Shown here piece by piece: positions 8,835 to 19,679 of a stretch of 64,000 bases of DNA. Each line of letters opens with the position of its first letter. Position 1 is the first letter of the stretch. A program made the position numbers and the translations under genes. Source of the stretch: Longimicrobiales bacterium (lineage in GTDB: Bacteria; Gemmatimonadota; Gemmatimonadetes; Longimicrobiales; Gaopeijiaceae); assembly GCA_965204735.1 (NCBI GenBank), contig OZ242008.1, forward strand, positions 2,208,001 to 2,272,000, read 5' to 3'. The notes below the pieces were generated by a model. The model had not been told where the DNA came from. It made no database searches and was given only the letters and a program-made list of their open reading frames with translations.

Positions 8835-11800
8835 TCAGAAGGTTCCGCCGCCCGCCTTCCAGTTGACCGACAGCTTGACCCTGCGCCCGCGGGCGCTGTG
8901 GGTGAAGGCGTCGAAGGCGTGCTCCCAGGCCACGAACGGCGCCGGCGCATCCAGCAGGTTCGCGGCGGTCAACGCGACGTCGAGGCCCCGGCCGGTGCGT
9001 CGCAGGAGGCTCAAGTCCCACGTCGCGACCCGGGGGATCGTCTCGTAGCGGGTGCCGACGAACTCCTCGTTGGCGTAGGACGAGACGACGTTCGTCCAGC
9101 TTGCCAAGCTGTACTCGCCCCGATGGATGCCGGTCGAGAACCGGAGCTTCCACCGGGGAAGAGGCGGCGCGACGGGGTTGAACCAGTTCAAGCGGCCGGC
9201 CGCCGACTGCTCGCCGTGCAGCTCGACCCCGTTCACCTTCAGCGCCCTGACTCGGTACTCGCGCGTGTAGGTCCCGTCCGTGCCCAGCGAGACCACGCCT
9301 TGCCCGACCGGAAGCCGCGCGCTCGCGTGCCAGTCGATCCCCGAGGTCTCTGCGCCGGGCCAGTTCACGAGTCCCACCCTGATCCGCTCGATCTCCGTCG
9401 ACGCGCACGTGCCGGTGCCGGGCCCGTCGGGACAGCTGACGAACTCCTTGACCGCCTCCCTCGACGCGCCCCCGGCGTCGTACAGTCGCGCCACGCCGGC
9501 GTAGGGCAGCACGTCGATCAGGTTGCGAAAGTCGTAGCTCCAGTAGTCGACCGCGGCCCGCACGCGGGAAAGACGGAGGCTGGCGCCGACGTTGTACGTG
9601 AACGCCTGCTCGGGCTCGAGGCCGGGGTTCCCGAAGTTGTCGGCGGCCCGCCACGCTTCGGCTTCGGGCACGTACACGGCCGCCGTGTTCTGGAGCTCGT
9701 TCACGTCGTCCACCGAAGGCGCGCGGAACGTCGTCTGCACCGACAAGCGCAGCGCGATCGCCTCGGAGAGCCGCACGCGCAGCGCCAACCTGGGGTCGAA
9801 GCTGCTGGCCAAGTCGTGAAACTCGTAGTTGGCGGCGGCCTGGGCGCTGATCCAGTCGCCCAAGGTCAGGGGGACTTCGGCGTAGAAGCGGTGCACGGTC
9901 TGCGAGGCGTCGTCCGCGTAGAAGCCGTTGATCAGGCTGAACGGGCCGATCTTCGCGCTGCAGCTCTGGTCGCCCAGAACGGGACAAGGGTTGATCGCAA
10001 GGTTGCCCGCGTCGTTGGGCCGCGCCGAGACGCCGAACCAGCGGAACTGATAACCGGCCGCGAAGCTGGCCACGCCCGGCGCCAGCGCGCCCTTCACCAC
10101 CGCGTCGGCGACCGCCAGGTTGGTCTTGCTCCGCAGGTCGACTTGATCGAAGAGCCACGCGCGCAGCTCGGGGGGGTTGGCCAGCGACGCGACGTAGCCC
10201 GGGTTCGCCCTGGTCTCGAACGGCGCGCCGGGCTGCTGCGAGTACTGGACCGCGCTGCTGAAGGGGTTGAACCACATGCAGCCGCCCTGCCCCGCCACTG
10301 CGCCGTTCAGCGGTCCCAGCGCCATCCCCGAAGGGCTCGACGCGTCCACCACCACGTCCACGCCGCACTCGGGACCGCCGAAGCCGCGGAACGCGAGAAA
10401 GCGGCGGTGCGCGTACTCGGCGGGGAGGCTCACGTTGCCCGCGGCGCGCGACCAGCCGACGGCCGCTTCCAGCGCCAAGTCCTCCCCGGCCAGGCTTCCC
10501 ACGGCGCGGTGGGCGGAGGCCGCGATGCGCAGGGTCTGCGACGATCGCGACACGGTGCGCGCGGGACCGCTGTTGCCGATCGTGCGCCCGTAGAAGTACC
10601 AGTCGTCCTCGAGGCACGCGGCGGCCGAGGCGAACCCCGCGGCTTGGGCGTCTTCGCTGCAGAAGCGGCGCCGACCTGGGTTGTCAGGCCCCACCAAGTG
10701 GGCGCCGTCGTACTGGTAGATCGGCGCGAAGGAGGGCGTGGTGGACCACTTGGGCGTCGCCGTCCGGGGAAGGAGAGCCTCGACGTGGTAGCCGCCTCCG
10801 TCGCCCCACGCGCCGTTGAGCTCGCCGAAGGCACGCACGTACCTCGACGCCTGCTGCAAGTCGTCCCACGCCTGGTAGCGCATCCGGCAGGTCTCGTCTT
10901 CGCGACGTCCCCCGAAGCCCTCGCACGCCCGGTCCACGAAGACTCGACCGCCGAAGTGCGCGCTTCGAAGAGCGGCGGCGAACTCCTTGGGACCCTCGTC
11001 GCCGTCGAGCTGCGGGAAGAGAAACGCGCCTGGATTGCCGACGAACGACCAGCCGCCGGCTCCCGGAACGAAGGGCGCCAGGGCGAAGTCGCGGTCCGCA
11101 ACCTTCAGGCGCCGGGTCTGGAGCGCTTCGACCGAGACCACGGCGTGGGCGCCTTCCCCGACGGGCCGGCCCCAGATGGCGCCGACGCTCGTGGCGCCGG
11201 AGGCGGCGTAGCGCTCGTGGGACGCCGCGAGCTCCCAGCCCTCGTAGTCGTTCCTGGTGAGGAAGTTGGCCACGCCCGCCACGGCGTCGGAGCCGTACAC
11301 GGCCGACGCGCCCTCCTTCAGGACCTCGATCCGGTCCAGCGCGATCGACGGGAACGAGTTCACGTCCACGAAGCGGCCTCCGTACATCCGCACCGGCACG
11401 TACGTTTGGCGCCGGCCGTTGAGCAGCACCAGCGTCCGCGAGGGTCCCAGGCCGCGAAGGTTCACGCTGGCGATCGTCTCGGGCACGGCGGCGGGCTGGG
11501 CCGTGTTGGCGAAGCTGTGCCGTTCGCCGAGGCCGCCGTGGCTGGCGCTCAAGTTCTTGAAGAAGTCCGTGGCCTGGGGCGACCCCTGTTCGGCGAGGCT
11601 CCGCCGGCTCGACACCGCGACCGCGTAGGGGAGGGCGACGGGAGAGTCCTCGAAGGCGGTGCCGGTCACGACGATCTCGACCAGCTCCAGCGTCGTGGAG
11701 TGAAGCCGCGCGTCGAGCGTCGCCGTCTCTCCGTCGGCGACGGTCACGGTGCGGACGAAGCTCGCGAAGCCGATCAGCTGCACGTGGAGCTCGTGGACGC

Positions 11801-12005
11801 CCGCCCCGACGCCGGAGAGCACGAACCTTCCGTCGTCGTTCGACAGCACGCCGACGCCCAAGCCCGGGATGTGGACCTGAGCCGACGGGAGAGGCGCGCC
11901 CGTGGCCGCGTCGGAGACGGTTCCCGCAACGGTTCCGCTCTGGGCGCGGGTCTGCGGCGCTGCCAGCGCCACCGCCGCGACGGTCGACGCAAGGACCCGA
12001 GCCAT
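8835..12005 (-). CDS. TonB-dependent outer-membrane receptor with N-terminal carboxypeptidase-regulatory-like domain
   Basis: Signal peptide; GTVAGTVSDAATGAPL; TonB box EIVVTG; plug VNLRGLGPSRTLVLLNGRR and RIEVLKEGASAVYGSDAVAGVANF; FRAPS; GNPGLEPE; terminal Phe. Confidence 0.95.
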   Translation of the reverse strand: MARVLASTVAAVALAAPQTRAQSGTVAGTVSDAATGAPLPSAQVHIPGLGVGVLSNDDGRFVLSGVGAGVHELHVQLIGFASFVRTVTVADGETATLDARLHSTTLELVEIVVTGTAFEDSPVALPYAVAVSSRRSLAEQGSPQATDFFKNLSASHGGLGERHSFANTAQPAAVPETIASVNLRGLGPSRTLVLLNGRRQTYVPVRMYGGRFVDVNSFPSIALDRIEVLKEGASAVYGSDAVAGVANFLTRNDYEGWELAASHERYAASGATSVGAIWGRPVGEGAHAVVSVEALQTRRLKVADRDFALAPFVPGAGGWSFVGNPGAFLFPQLDGDEGPKEFAAALRSAHFGGRVFVDRACEGFGGRREDETCRMRYQAWDDLQQASRYVRAFGELNGAWGDGGGYHVEALLPRTATPKWSTTPSFAPIYQYDGAHLVGPDNPGRRRFCSEDAQAAGFASAAACLEDDWYFYGRTIGNSGPARTVSRSSQTLRIAASAHRAVGSLAGEDLALEAAVGWSRAAGNVSLPAEYAHRRFLAFRGFGGPECGVDVVVDASSPSGMALGPLNGAVAGQGGCMWFNPFSSAVQYSQQPGAPFETRANPGYVASLANPPELRAWLFDQVDLRSKTNLAVADAVVKGALAPGVASFAAGYQFRWFGVSARPNDAGNLAINPCPVLGDQSCSAKIGPFSLINGFYADDASQTVHRFYAEVPLTLGDWISAQAAANYEFHDLASSFDPRLALRVRLSEAIALRLSVQTTFRAPSVDDVNELQNTAAVYVPEAEAWRAADNFGNPGLEPEQAFTYNVGASLRLSRVRAAVDYWSYDFRNLIDVLPYAGVARLYDAGGASREAVKEFVSCPDGPGTGTCASTEIERIRVGLVNWPGAETSGIDWHASARLPVGQGVVSLGTDGTYTREYRVRALKVNGVELHGEQSAAGRLNWFNPVAPPLPRWKLRFSTGIHRGEYSLASWTNVVSSYANEEFVGTRYETIPRVATWDLSLLRRTGRGLDVALTAANLLDAPAPFVAWEHAFDAFTHSARGRRVKLSVNWKAGGGTF

Positions 12006-12248
12006 CGACCTTCCGGCTCGGCGCGCCGGCTGAACTCCGCCCCCCAGCCCACGCCTCCCCAGCCCACGGCCCCTCGGCCCAGGGCGTCGCGCGAGTGGAT
12101 TCGTCTTGATCACTGTGCCATGAGCGCGCCGTCCAGCCGCTCCTCGCCCATCCGTCTTCCGCAGGTCGGGGTCGCCTTCGCGTGGACTCCCAATCCTACA
12201 ACCCCAGGTCGGGACCGGGCGAGTCCAGCAGCCTCGCCCAGCCCAAAA

Positions 12249-12307
12249 CCTGCCAAAATGGCAGGAATTCGCCCCTCTGCGCCCCAAAAACCTGCCAAAA
12301 TGGCAGG
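12249..12307. promoter_or_regulatory. Two identical palindromes CCTGCCA-AAA-TGGCAGG, candidate enhancer (UAS) sites
   Basis: Copies at 12249-12265 and 12291-12307, 42 bp apart, just upstream of a sigma-54 motif. Confidence 0.7.
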
Positions 12308-12334
12308 AATTGCCGCCCGGGCGGCCCTCAAGCC

Positions 12335-12350
12335 CGGCACGTTCATTGCA
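12335..12350 (+). promoter_or_regulatory. Sigma-54 (-24/-12) promoter of dnaK
   Basis: CGGCACGTTCATTGCA matches TGGCACG-N4-TTGCW with exact GG-N10-GC spacing, ~135 bp upstream of dnaK. Confidence 0.8.
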
Positions 12351-12483
12351 GTAACCTGTCTGCCGTTAGCTTCAGAACACGCCGAGGGGACGCGGACGCA
12401 CGACGGCTTCCGGGCCGCTCCCGCCGCCTTCCGGCCTCCGCCGGCCTCCCGGCTCCCCAGCATCGAAAGGGACGAACCAGCGC

Positions 12484-14424
<1,941 letters not shown>

Positions 14425-14455
14425 CCGAGCCAGCGAGCCCAAGGAGGAAGCAGAC

Positions 14456-16030
14456 GTGAGCACCAGGCGTGGAGACCACGATCTCCTGAGGATGAAGACC
14501 AAGATCGCCCTGGCGGTGGCCGTGGCGTTCCTGAGCGGGATCGGACTGGCGGCCCAGTTCGGCTTCATGGACTCGCGGGACGCCCCCGCGGCCGCCCTCG
14601 TGGAAACCCAGCCGCAGCTTGCCGCGGCGGCGGTCCGGCCCGCCCTGGACCTGAGCGACGCCTTCGTGGCGATCGCCGACGCGGTCACGCCGTCGGTGGT
14701 GCGGATCGAGGCCCGCCGGCGGCAGCAGGCGTCTCGCCGCATGTCGCTGGACGACTTCTTCCGGGGCCGGCCGGACCCGGGCCGGAGCGAGCTGGTGACC
14801 GCGGGCGGCAGCGGGTTCGTGGTCACCGAGGACGGCTACGTGATGACCAACAACCACGTCGTCTCGGAGGCGGAGGAGATCAGCGTGATCCTGCGCGACG
14901 GACGCAACTTGGACGCCGAGCTGGTGGGGGCCGACCCGACCACCGACGTGGCCGTGATCAAGATCGACGGCCCGAACCTTGCGCCGGCGTCCCTGGGCTC
15001 CTCCGCCGAGGTGCGGGTCGGCGAGTGGGTGCTGGCGATCGGCAACCCGGGCCTGGGGCCCAGCGCAACCCCGACCGGCAACTCGCTGGACTACACCGTC
15101 ACGGCGGGGATCGTCTCGGCCCGGGGACGAAGCCTGGACCTGATCGGTCGGGAGCTGCGCGAGGACGAGCCCGACGGACAGCTGGCCGGCTTCGCCATCG
15201 AGGACTTCATCCAGACCGACGCGGTGATCAACCCCGGCAACTCGGGGGGACCGATGGTCAACCTCCGGGGACAGGTGATCGGGATCAACGCGGCGCTGGC
15301 CAGCCGCACGGGCTACTACGTCGGCTACGGCTTCGCGATTCCCATAGACCTGGCCCACCGGATCATGGACGACCTGGTGGCGTACGGGCGGGTGCGAAGG
15401 GCCTACCTGGGCGTGCGCATGGCGCCGGTGACGGACGTGGACGCCGAGGTGTACGGCCTGCCCGAGATCGCCGGGGCGCTGGTGCAGGGAGTCGAGGACG
15501 ACACTCCCGCGGCAGAGGCGGGCTTGGCCCAGGAGGACGTGATCACCGCCGTGGACGGAGCGCCGGTCCGCACGAGCAACGACCTGCAGCACAAGATCGC
15601 GCTGCGGGCGCCCGGCGACCGGGTGCGGATCACGATCTATCGCGACGGCTCTCCGCGGGACGTGACGGTCCGGCTGGCCGAGGCGCCGTTCTCCGAGGAG
15701 GCCGAGGAGTCGTATCCGGAGCCCGAGAGCCGGACCGCCGACAAGCTGGGAATCGAGGTCGCCGAGGTCACCCCGCGGATCGCCGACGCCATGCAGCTCG
15801 AGAACGCGGACGGGGTCTTGGTCACCGACGTCGAGCGGGGCGGACCGGCGGACCGGCGCGGAATCCGCCCCCGGTCGTGCGTGATCCGCGAGATCAACCG
15901 CCGCCCGGTGAACGACCCCGGCGACGTGGAAGAGGCCTTGCGGGACGTGGGTTCCGGCGAAGTGGTGTCCGTCCTGGCCCGGTGCGGCTCAGGCGACCCC
16001 AGCGTCGTGAACATGCGGACCCGCCGGTAG
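14456..16030 (+). CDS. degP: DegP/HtrA-family serine protease with two PDZ domains
   Basis: GSGFVV, TNNHVV, DVAVIK, IQTDAVINPGNSGGP, two PDZ-like regions; AAGGAGG RBS before GTG. Confidence 0.93.
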   Translation: MSTRRGDHDLLRMKTKIALAVAVAFLSGIGLAAQFGFMDSRDAPAAALVETQPQLAAAAVRPALDLSDAFVAIADAVTPSVVRIEARRRQQASRRMSLDDFFRGRPDPGRSELVTAGGSGFVVTEDGYVMTNNHVVSEAEEISVILRDGRNLDAELVGADPTTDVAVIKIDGPNLAPASLGSSAEVRVGEWVLAIGNPGLGPSATPTGNSLDYTVTAGIVSARGRSLDLIGRELREDEPDGQLAGFAIEDFIQTDAVINPGNSGGPMVNLRGQVIGINAALASRTGYYVGYGFAIPIDLAHRIMDDLVAYGRVRRAYLGVRMAPVTDVDAEVYGLPEIAGALVQGVEDDTPAAEAGLAQEDVITAVDGAPVRTSNDLQHKIALRAPGDRVRITIYRDGSPRDVTVRLAEAPFSEEAEESYPEPESRTADKLGIEVAEVTPRIADAMQLENADGVLVTDVERGGPADRRGIRPRSCVIREINRRPVNDPGDVEEALRDVGSGEVVSVLARCGSGDPSVVNMRTRR

Positions 16031-16185
16031 GGGGCGGACCGCCGGCGCCCCGGCGGCCGGAAGTGGTCCGGCCACCGGCTTGGCGGCAGCCGGCCGCTGG
16101 GACGGAGAAGCGGCCGGTCGCCGGGGCGGGCCAGCCGTTGAGGGGTCCCGTGCAAGCGGGATTCCTCGTCTTCCATTATTCTAAT

Positions 16186-16237
16186 GTTCGTTGCGGAGCC
16201 GATGCTCGTTCGTTGCGGAGCCGATGCTCGTTGCGGA
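16186..16237. repeat. 22-bp tandem repeat (2 exact copies plus a partial one) upstream of tRNA-Leu
   Basis: GTTCGTTGCGGAGCCGATGCTC at 16186 and 16208, then GTTGCGGA. Confidence 0.9.
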
Positions 16238-16284
16238 ACTCACAATGCCGGCGGGAGGTTGCCGACTCCGGCGTTCATGACGGA

Positions 16285-16367
16285 GCGAAAGTGGCGGAAC
16301 TGGTAGACGCGCAAGATTTAGGATCTTGTGGCCCTTGGCCGTGGGGGTTCGAGTCCCCCCTTTCGCA
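16285..16367 (+). tRNA. tRNA-Leu (anticodon TAG), CCA not encoded
   Basis: Acceptor GCGAAAG/CTTTCGC, D-loop AACTGGTA, anticodon arm CAAGA-TTTAGGA-TCTTG, long variable arm, T-loop GGTTCGAGTCC. Confidence 0.97.
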
Positions 16368-16418
16368 CTGGGCGTGCGCCCTGCGGAGCCGGCCGTGACG
16401 ATCATCGACTTGAGGCGG

Positions 16419-17723
16419 ATGACGCCCGTGGACGCGAAGCGGCTCCAGGCGACCGTGACCGAAGCCGAGCACTGCATGCGCTTCCTGGACGTGGTCGTCC
16501 CGGCCGACTTGGCCGACGCCGCCAGGCGATCCACGTCCCAAAAGCTGGCCGGACGGGTGCGGATCAAGGGCTTTCGGGACGGCAAGGTGCCGACCGGGCT
16601 CGTGAACCAGCGGTTCGGGACCCTGGTGCTGGAGGAGGCGATGGACAAGCTGGTCCGGGCCTCCGCCCTGGCGGTCATCAAGTCCCGGGGGCTGAAGCCG
16701 ATCTCCCCCGTCGAGGTCGACGTCGTGGAGTGCGACGCGGAAGGGCCGGTGACCTTCAAGGCGTCCTTCGAGGTGGCGCCCGAGGTCGAGATCAAGCGCG
16801 TCGGCGGGTTCGTCGTGCCGCCTCCGCCGGGCATGCCCCCGCTCAACGGCGAGGTCGAGCGCCAGATGGAGCGCCTGAGGCACGAGCTTGCGCCGTTGCG
16901 GCAAGTCGATTCCAACGACGAGCCGCCTCGGGTTGGGGACGTGGTGAGCGTCGTCGTGGCGCACGCGGGCGAGGAAGAGGGCGGAAGCGGCAAGGAAGAG
17001 GACGAGGGAGGCCGGTCGTACAGCTTCATCCTCGGCAGCGACCAAGCCCTTCCAGGCGTCCAGGACGCCATTCGGACGCTCACCGTCGGCCAGGAGGGCG
17101 AGTTCGACGTGGAGTTCCCCGGAGAGGAGGCAGGGGCGCCGGGCGAGACCAGGAGGCTCCGGATCCGGTTGATCGCGAGGCGCGTCCGGGAAGTGCCGGA
17201 GCTGAACGACGACTTCGCCCGCGGCATGGACTACGAGACGGTGGACGAGCTGAGGAAGGCGGTCCGGGAGTCCTTGGAAGAGTTCCATCAGGAAAAGCTG
17301 GACGAGAGCCGCGACATGCAGCTCGTCCGCATGCTCGTGGAAGCCAACGACTTCGACGTGCCCGCGTCTCTGGTGGACCAGGTCGCCGACGCCATCATCG
17401 ACGGGATCGTCGAGGACAGCGGCGGCAAGCCGGACGACGCGTCCCCGGAGGATCGGGCGAGGCTCAAGGAAGAGCTGAGGGAGCAAGCCGAGTTCACGGC
17501 CAAGCGCGATCTTCTCCTGGACCGGTTGGCCGAGGACCACGGGCTCGAGGCGTCGGAGGAAGACGTGGACGCCAAGATCGAGGCGATCGCCGAGCGCGCC
17601 CAGCAGTCCCCGGCCGACGTCTACTCCGCGCTTCAGCGCGCCGGCAACCTCGACGCCATTCAGCAGCAGTTGACGGCCCGGAACGTTCGAGACTTCCTCC
17701 GGCGGCAGTCGGGACTCCATTGA
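16419..17723 (+). CDS. tig: Trigger factor
   Basis: Ribosome-binding signature [14 protein letters not shown]-like middle region, position upstream of clpP. Start is ATG 16419 or GTG 16428; the track start overlaps the tRNA. Confidence 0.92.
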   Translation: MTPVDAKRLQATVTEAEHCMRFLDVVVPADLADAARRSTSQKLAGRVRIKGFRDGKVPTGLVNQRFGTLVLEEAMDKLVRASALAVIKSRGLKPISPVEVDVVECDAEGPVTFKASFEVAPEVEIKRVGGFVVPPPPGMPPLNGEVERQMERLRHELAPLRQVDSNDEPPRVGDVVSVVVAHAGEEEGGSGKEEDEGGRSYSFILGSDQALPGVQDAIRTLTVGQEGEFDVEFPGEEAGAPGETRRLRIRLIARRVREVPELNDDFARGMDYETVDELRKAVRESLEEFHQEKLDESRDMQLVRMLVEANDFDVPASLVDQVADAIIDGIVEDSGGKPDDASPEDRARLKEELREQAEFTAKRDLLLDRLAEDHGLEASEEDVDAKIEAIAERAQQSPADVYSALQRAGNLDAIQQQLTARNVRDFLRRQSGLH

Positions 17724-17779
17724 ACGGGGACCCAACGACCGCCCATCGGTCGCCCACACGCCAAGGAGAACGCCCCCGG

Positions 17780-18412
17780 ATGGCCATCTTCCCGCCCTAC
17801 GTGATCGAACGGACGAGCAGAGGCGAGCGCAGCTACGACATCTTCAGCCGCCTCCTCATGGACCGGATCGTGTTCCTGGGCAGCGAGATCAACGACCAAG
17901 TAGCGAACATCGTCATCGCCCAGCTGCTCTTTCTGGACGCCGACGACCCCGGGCGGGAGGTCTTTCTCTACATCAACTCGCCGGGCGGCGGCGTCTACTC
18001 CGGGCTGGCGATCTACGACACGATCAACCACTTGCGGGCGCCCGTGTCCACCTACTGCGTGGGCATGGCGGCCTCCATGGGCGCCGTCCTCCTCTCTGCG
18101 GGGCAGGAGGGCAAGCGGAACGCGCTGCCCAACTCGCGGATCATGCTGCACCAGCCGTCGTCCGGCTACCGGGGGACCGCGGCGGACATCGAGATCGCGG
18201 CGAACGAGGTGCTGAGCACGCGGGAGCGCCTCAACCGCATCCTGGCGGAGACGACGGGACAAGAGATCGAGAAGATCGCCGCCGACGTGGACCGGGATCG
18301 GTGGATGAGCGCCGAGGAAGCCGTGGAGTACGGCTTGGTGGACCAAGTGCTGACGAAGGACGAGGGCGAGGCGGGCGACGGCGACGACGACGGCCCAAAG
18401 GGCCGCGGGTAG
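17780..18412 (+). CDS. clpP: ATP-dependent Clp protease proteolytic subunit
   Basis: [49 protein letters not shown]. Confidence 0.98.
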   Translation: MAIFPPYVIERTSRGERSYDIFSRLLMDRIVFLGSEINDQVANIVIAQLLFLDADDPGREVFLYINSPGGGVYSGLAIYDTINHLRAPVSTYCVGMAASMGAVLLSAGQEGKRNALPNSRIMLHQPSSGYRGTAADIEIAANEVLSTRERLNRILAETTGQEIEKIAADVDRDRWMSAEEAVEYGLVDQVLTKDEGEAGDGDDDGPKGRG

Positions 18413-18421
18413 GGGGCGCCG

Positions 18422-19660
18422 ATGTCGGACAAGCACCTGCGCTGCAGCTTCTGCGGCAAGTCCAAGGAGTCGGTGAAGAAGTTCATCTCCGGGCCTTCGG
18501 TCTACATCTGCAACGAGTGCGTCTCCCTGTGCAACGAGATCCTCGCCGAGGAGGAAGAGCGGGAGAGCCGGGAAAAGGCCGCCAGCAGCCTGGTCCCCGA
18601 GGAGATCAAGGAGATCCTCGACGAGTACGTGATCGGCCAGGAGCAGGCGAAGCGGTCGCTCTCGGTGGCGGTGTACAACCACTACAAGCGCGTGCACCGG
18701 CAAGGGATCCTGGACAACGTCGAGATCGACAAGTCGAACGTGCTTCTGGTGGGCCCCACAGGAGTGGGCAAGACTCTGCTGGCCCAGACCCTGGCGCGCA
18801 CGCTTCAGGTCCCCTTCACCATCGCCGACGCCACCACCTTGACCGAGGCCGGCTACGTGGGCGAGGACGTGGAGAACATCCTCGTGCGGCTTCTGCAGGC
18901 CAGCGACTTCAACTTGTCGGACTGCGAGCAGGGGATCGTCTACATCGACGAGCTGGACAAGATCGCCCGCAAGTCCGAGAACCGGTCGATCACGCGAGAC
19001 GTGTCCGGCGAGGGCGTGCAGCAGGCGCTGCTGAAGATCCTCGAAGGAACGGTGGCCAACGTGCCGCCCCAGGGCGGGCGGAAGCATCCGCAGCAGGAGT
19101 ACTTCCAGATCGACACGAAGAACATCCTCTTCATCTGCGGGGGCGCCTTCGAGGGACTGGACAAGATCATCGAGCGGCGGATCGGCAAGCGTCAGATCGG
19201 CTTCGGCGACGAGGAGCAGGGCGTCCCGAAGGAGATGGAGGGGAACCCCATCAACCACCTCGAGCCGGAGGACCTGCAGCGGTTCGGGCTGATTCCCGAG
19301 CTGGTGGGCAGGCTGCCGGTGACGGTGGGGCTGGAGAAGCTGGACCAGGACGCTCTGGTGCGCATCCTCCAGGAGCCGAAGAACTCGCTGGTCAAGCAGT
19401 ACCAGAAGGTGTTCGAGATGGACGGGTCCGGCCTCACCTTCGATCCGGCCGCCCTGCAGGAGATCGCGCGACGCTGCCTGGACCGGGGCACCGGCGCCCG
19501 GGGGCTGCGGGCGGTGATGGAGCGGGTCATGCGGGACGTGATGTTCGAGCTGCCGTCGCGGGACGACGTGCGCGAGGTCGTGGTCACGCCCGAGAGCGTC
19601 GCCGGAAACGTGCCGCCGCTGCTGGTCCTGCGGCCCGACGCCCGCAGGAAGGAAGCCTGA
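18422..19660 (+). CDS. clpX: ATP-dependent Clp protease ATP-binding subunit ClpX
   Basis: CSFCGK...ICNEC zinc finger, [25 protein letters not shown] and IGF loops. Confidence 0.99.
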   Translation: MSDKHLRCSFCGKSKESVKKFISGPSVYICNECVSLCNEILAEEEERESREKAASSLVPEEIKEILDEYVIGQEQAKRSLSVAVYNHYKRVHRQGILDNVEIDKSNVLLVGPTGVGKTLLAQTLARTLQVPFTIADATTLTEAGYVGEDVENILVRLLQASDFNLSDCEQGIVYIDELDKIARKSENRSITRDVSGEGVQQALLKILEGTVANVPPQGGRKHPQQEYFQIDTKNILFICGGAFEGLDKIIERRIGKRQIGFGDEEQGVPKEMEGNPINHLEPEDLQRFGLIPELVGRLPVTVGLEKLDQDALVRILQEPKNSLVKQYQKVFEMDGSGLTFDPAALQEIARRCLDRGTGARGLRAVMERVMRDVMFELPSRDDVREVVVTPESVAGNVPPLLVLRPDARRKEA

Positions 19661-19679
19661 TCGGCGCGGCGCCCCGCCG

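Noticed and set aside
12360..12400. CIRCE element upstream of dnaK
   Set aside because: TTAGC is present but there is no TTAGCACTC-N9-GAGTGCTAA inverted repeat.
16186..16237. Possible CRISPR array (also 46171-46278 and 49375-49485)
   Set aside because: Only 2-3 copies, no series of unique spacers, and no cas genes in the window.
16285..16420. tRNA-Leu as an integration site for an island
   Set aside because: Followed directly by the usual tig-clpP-clpX block; no integrase or duplicated tRNA 3' end seen.
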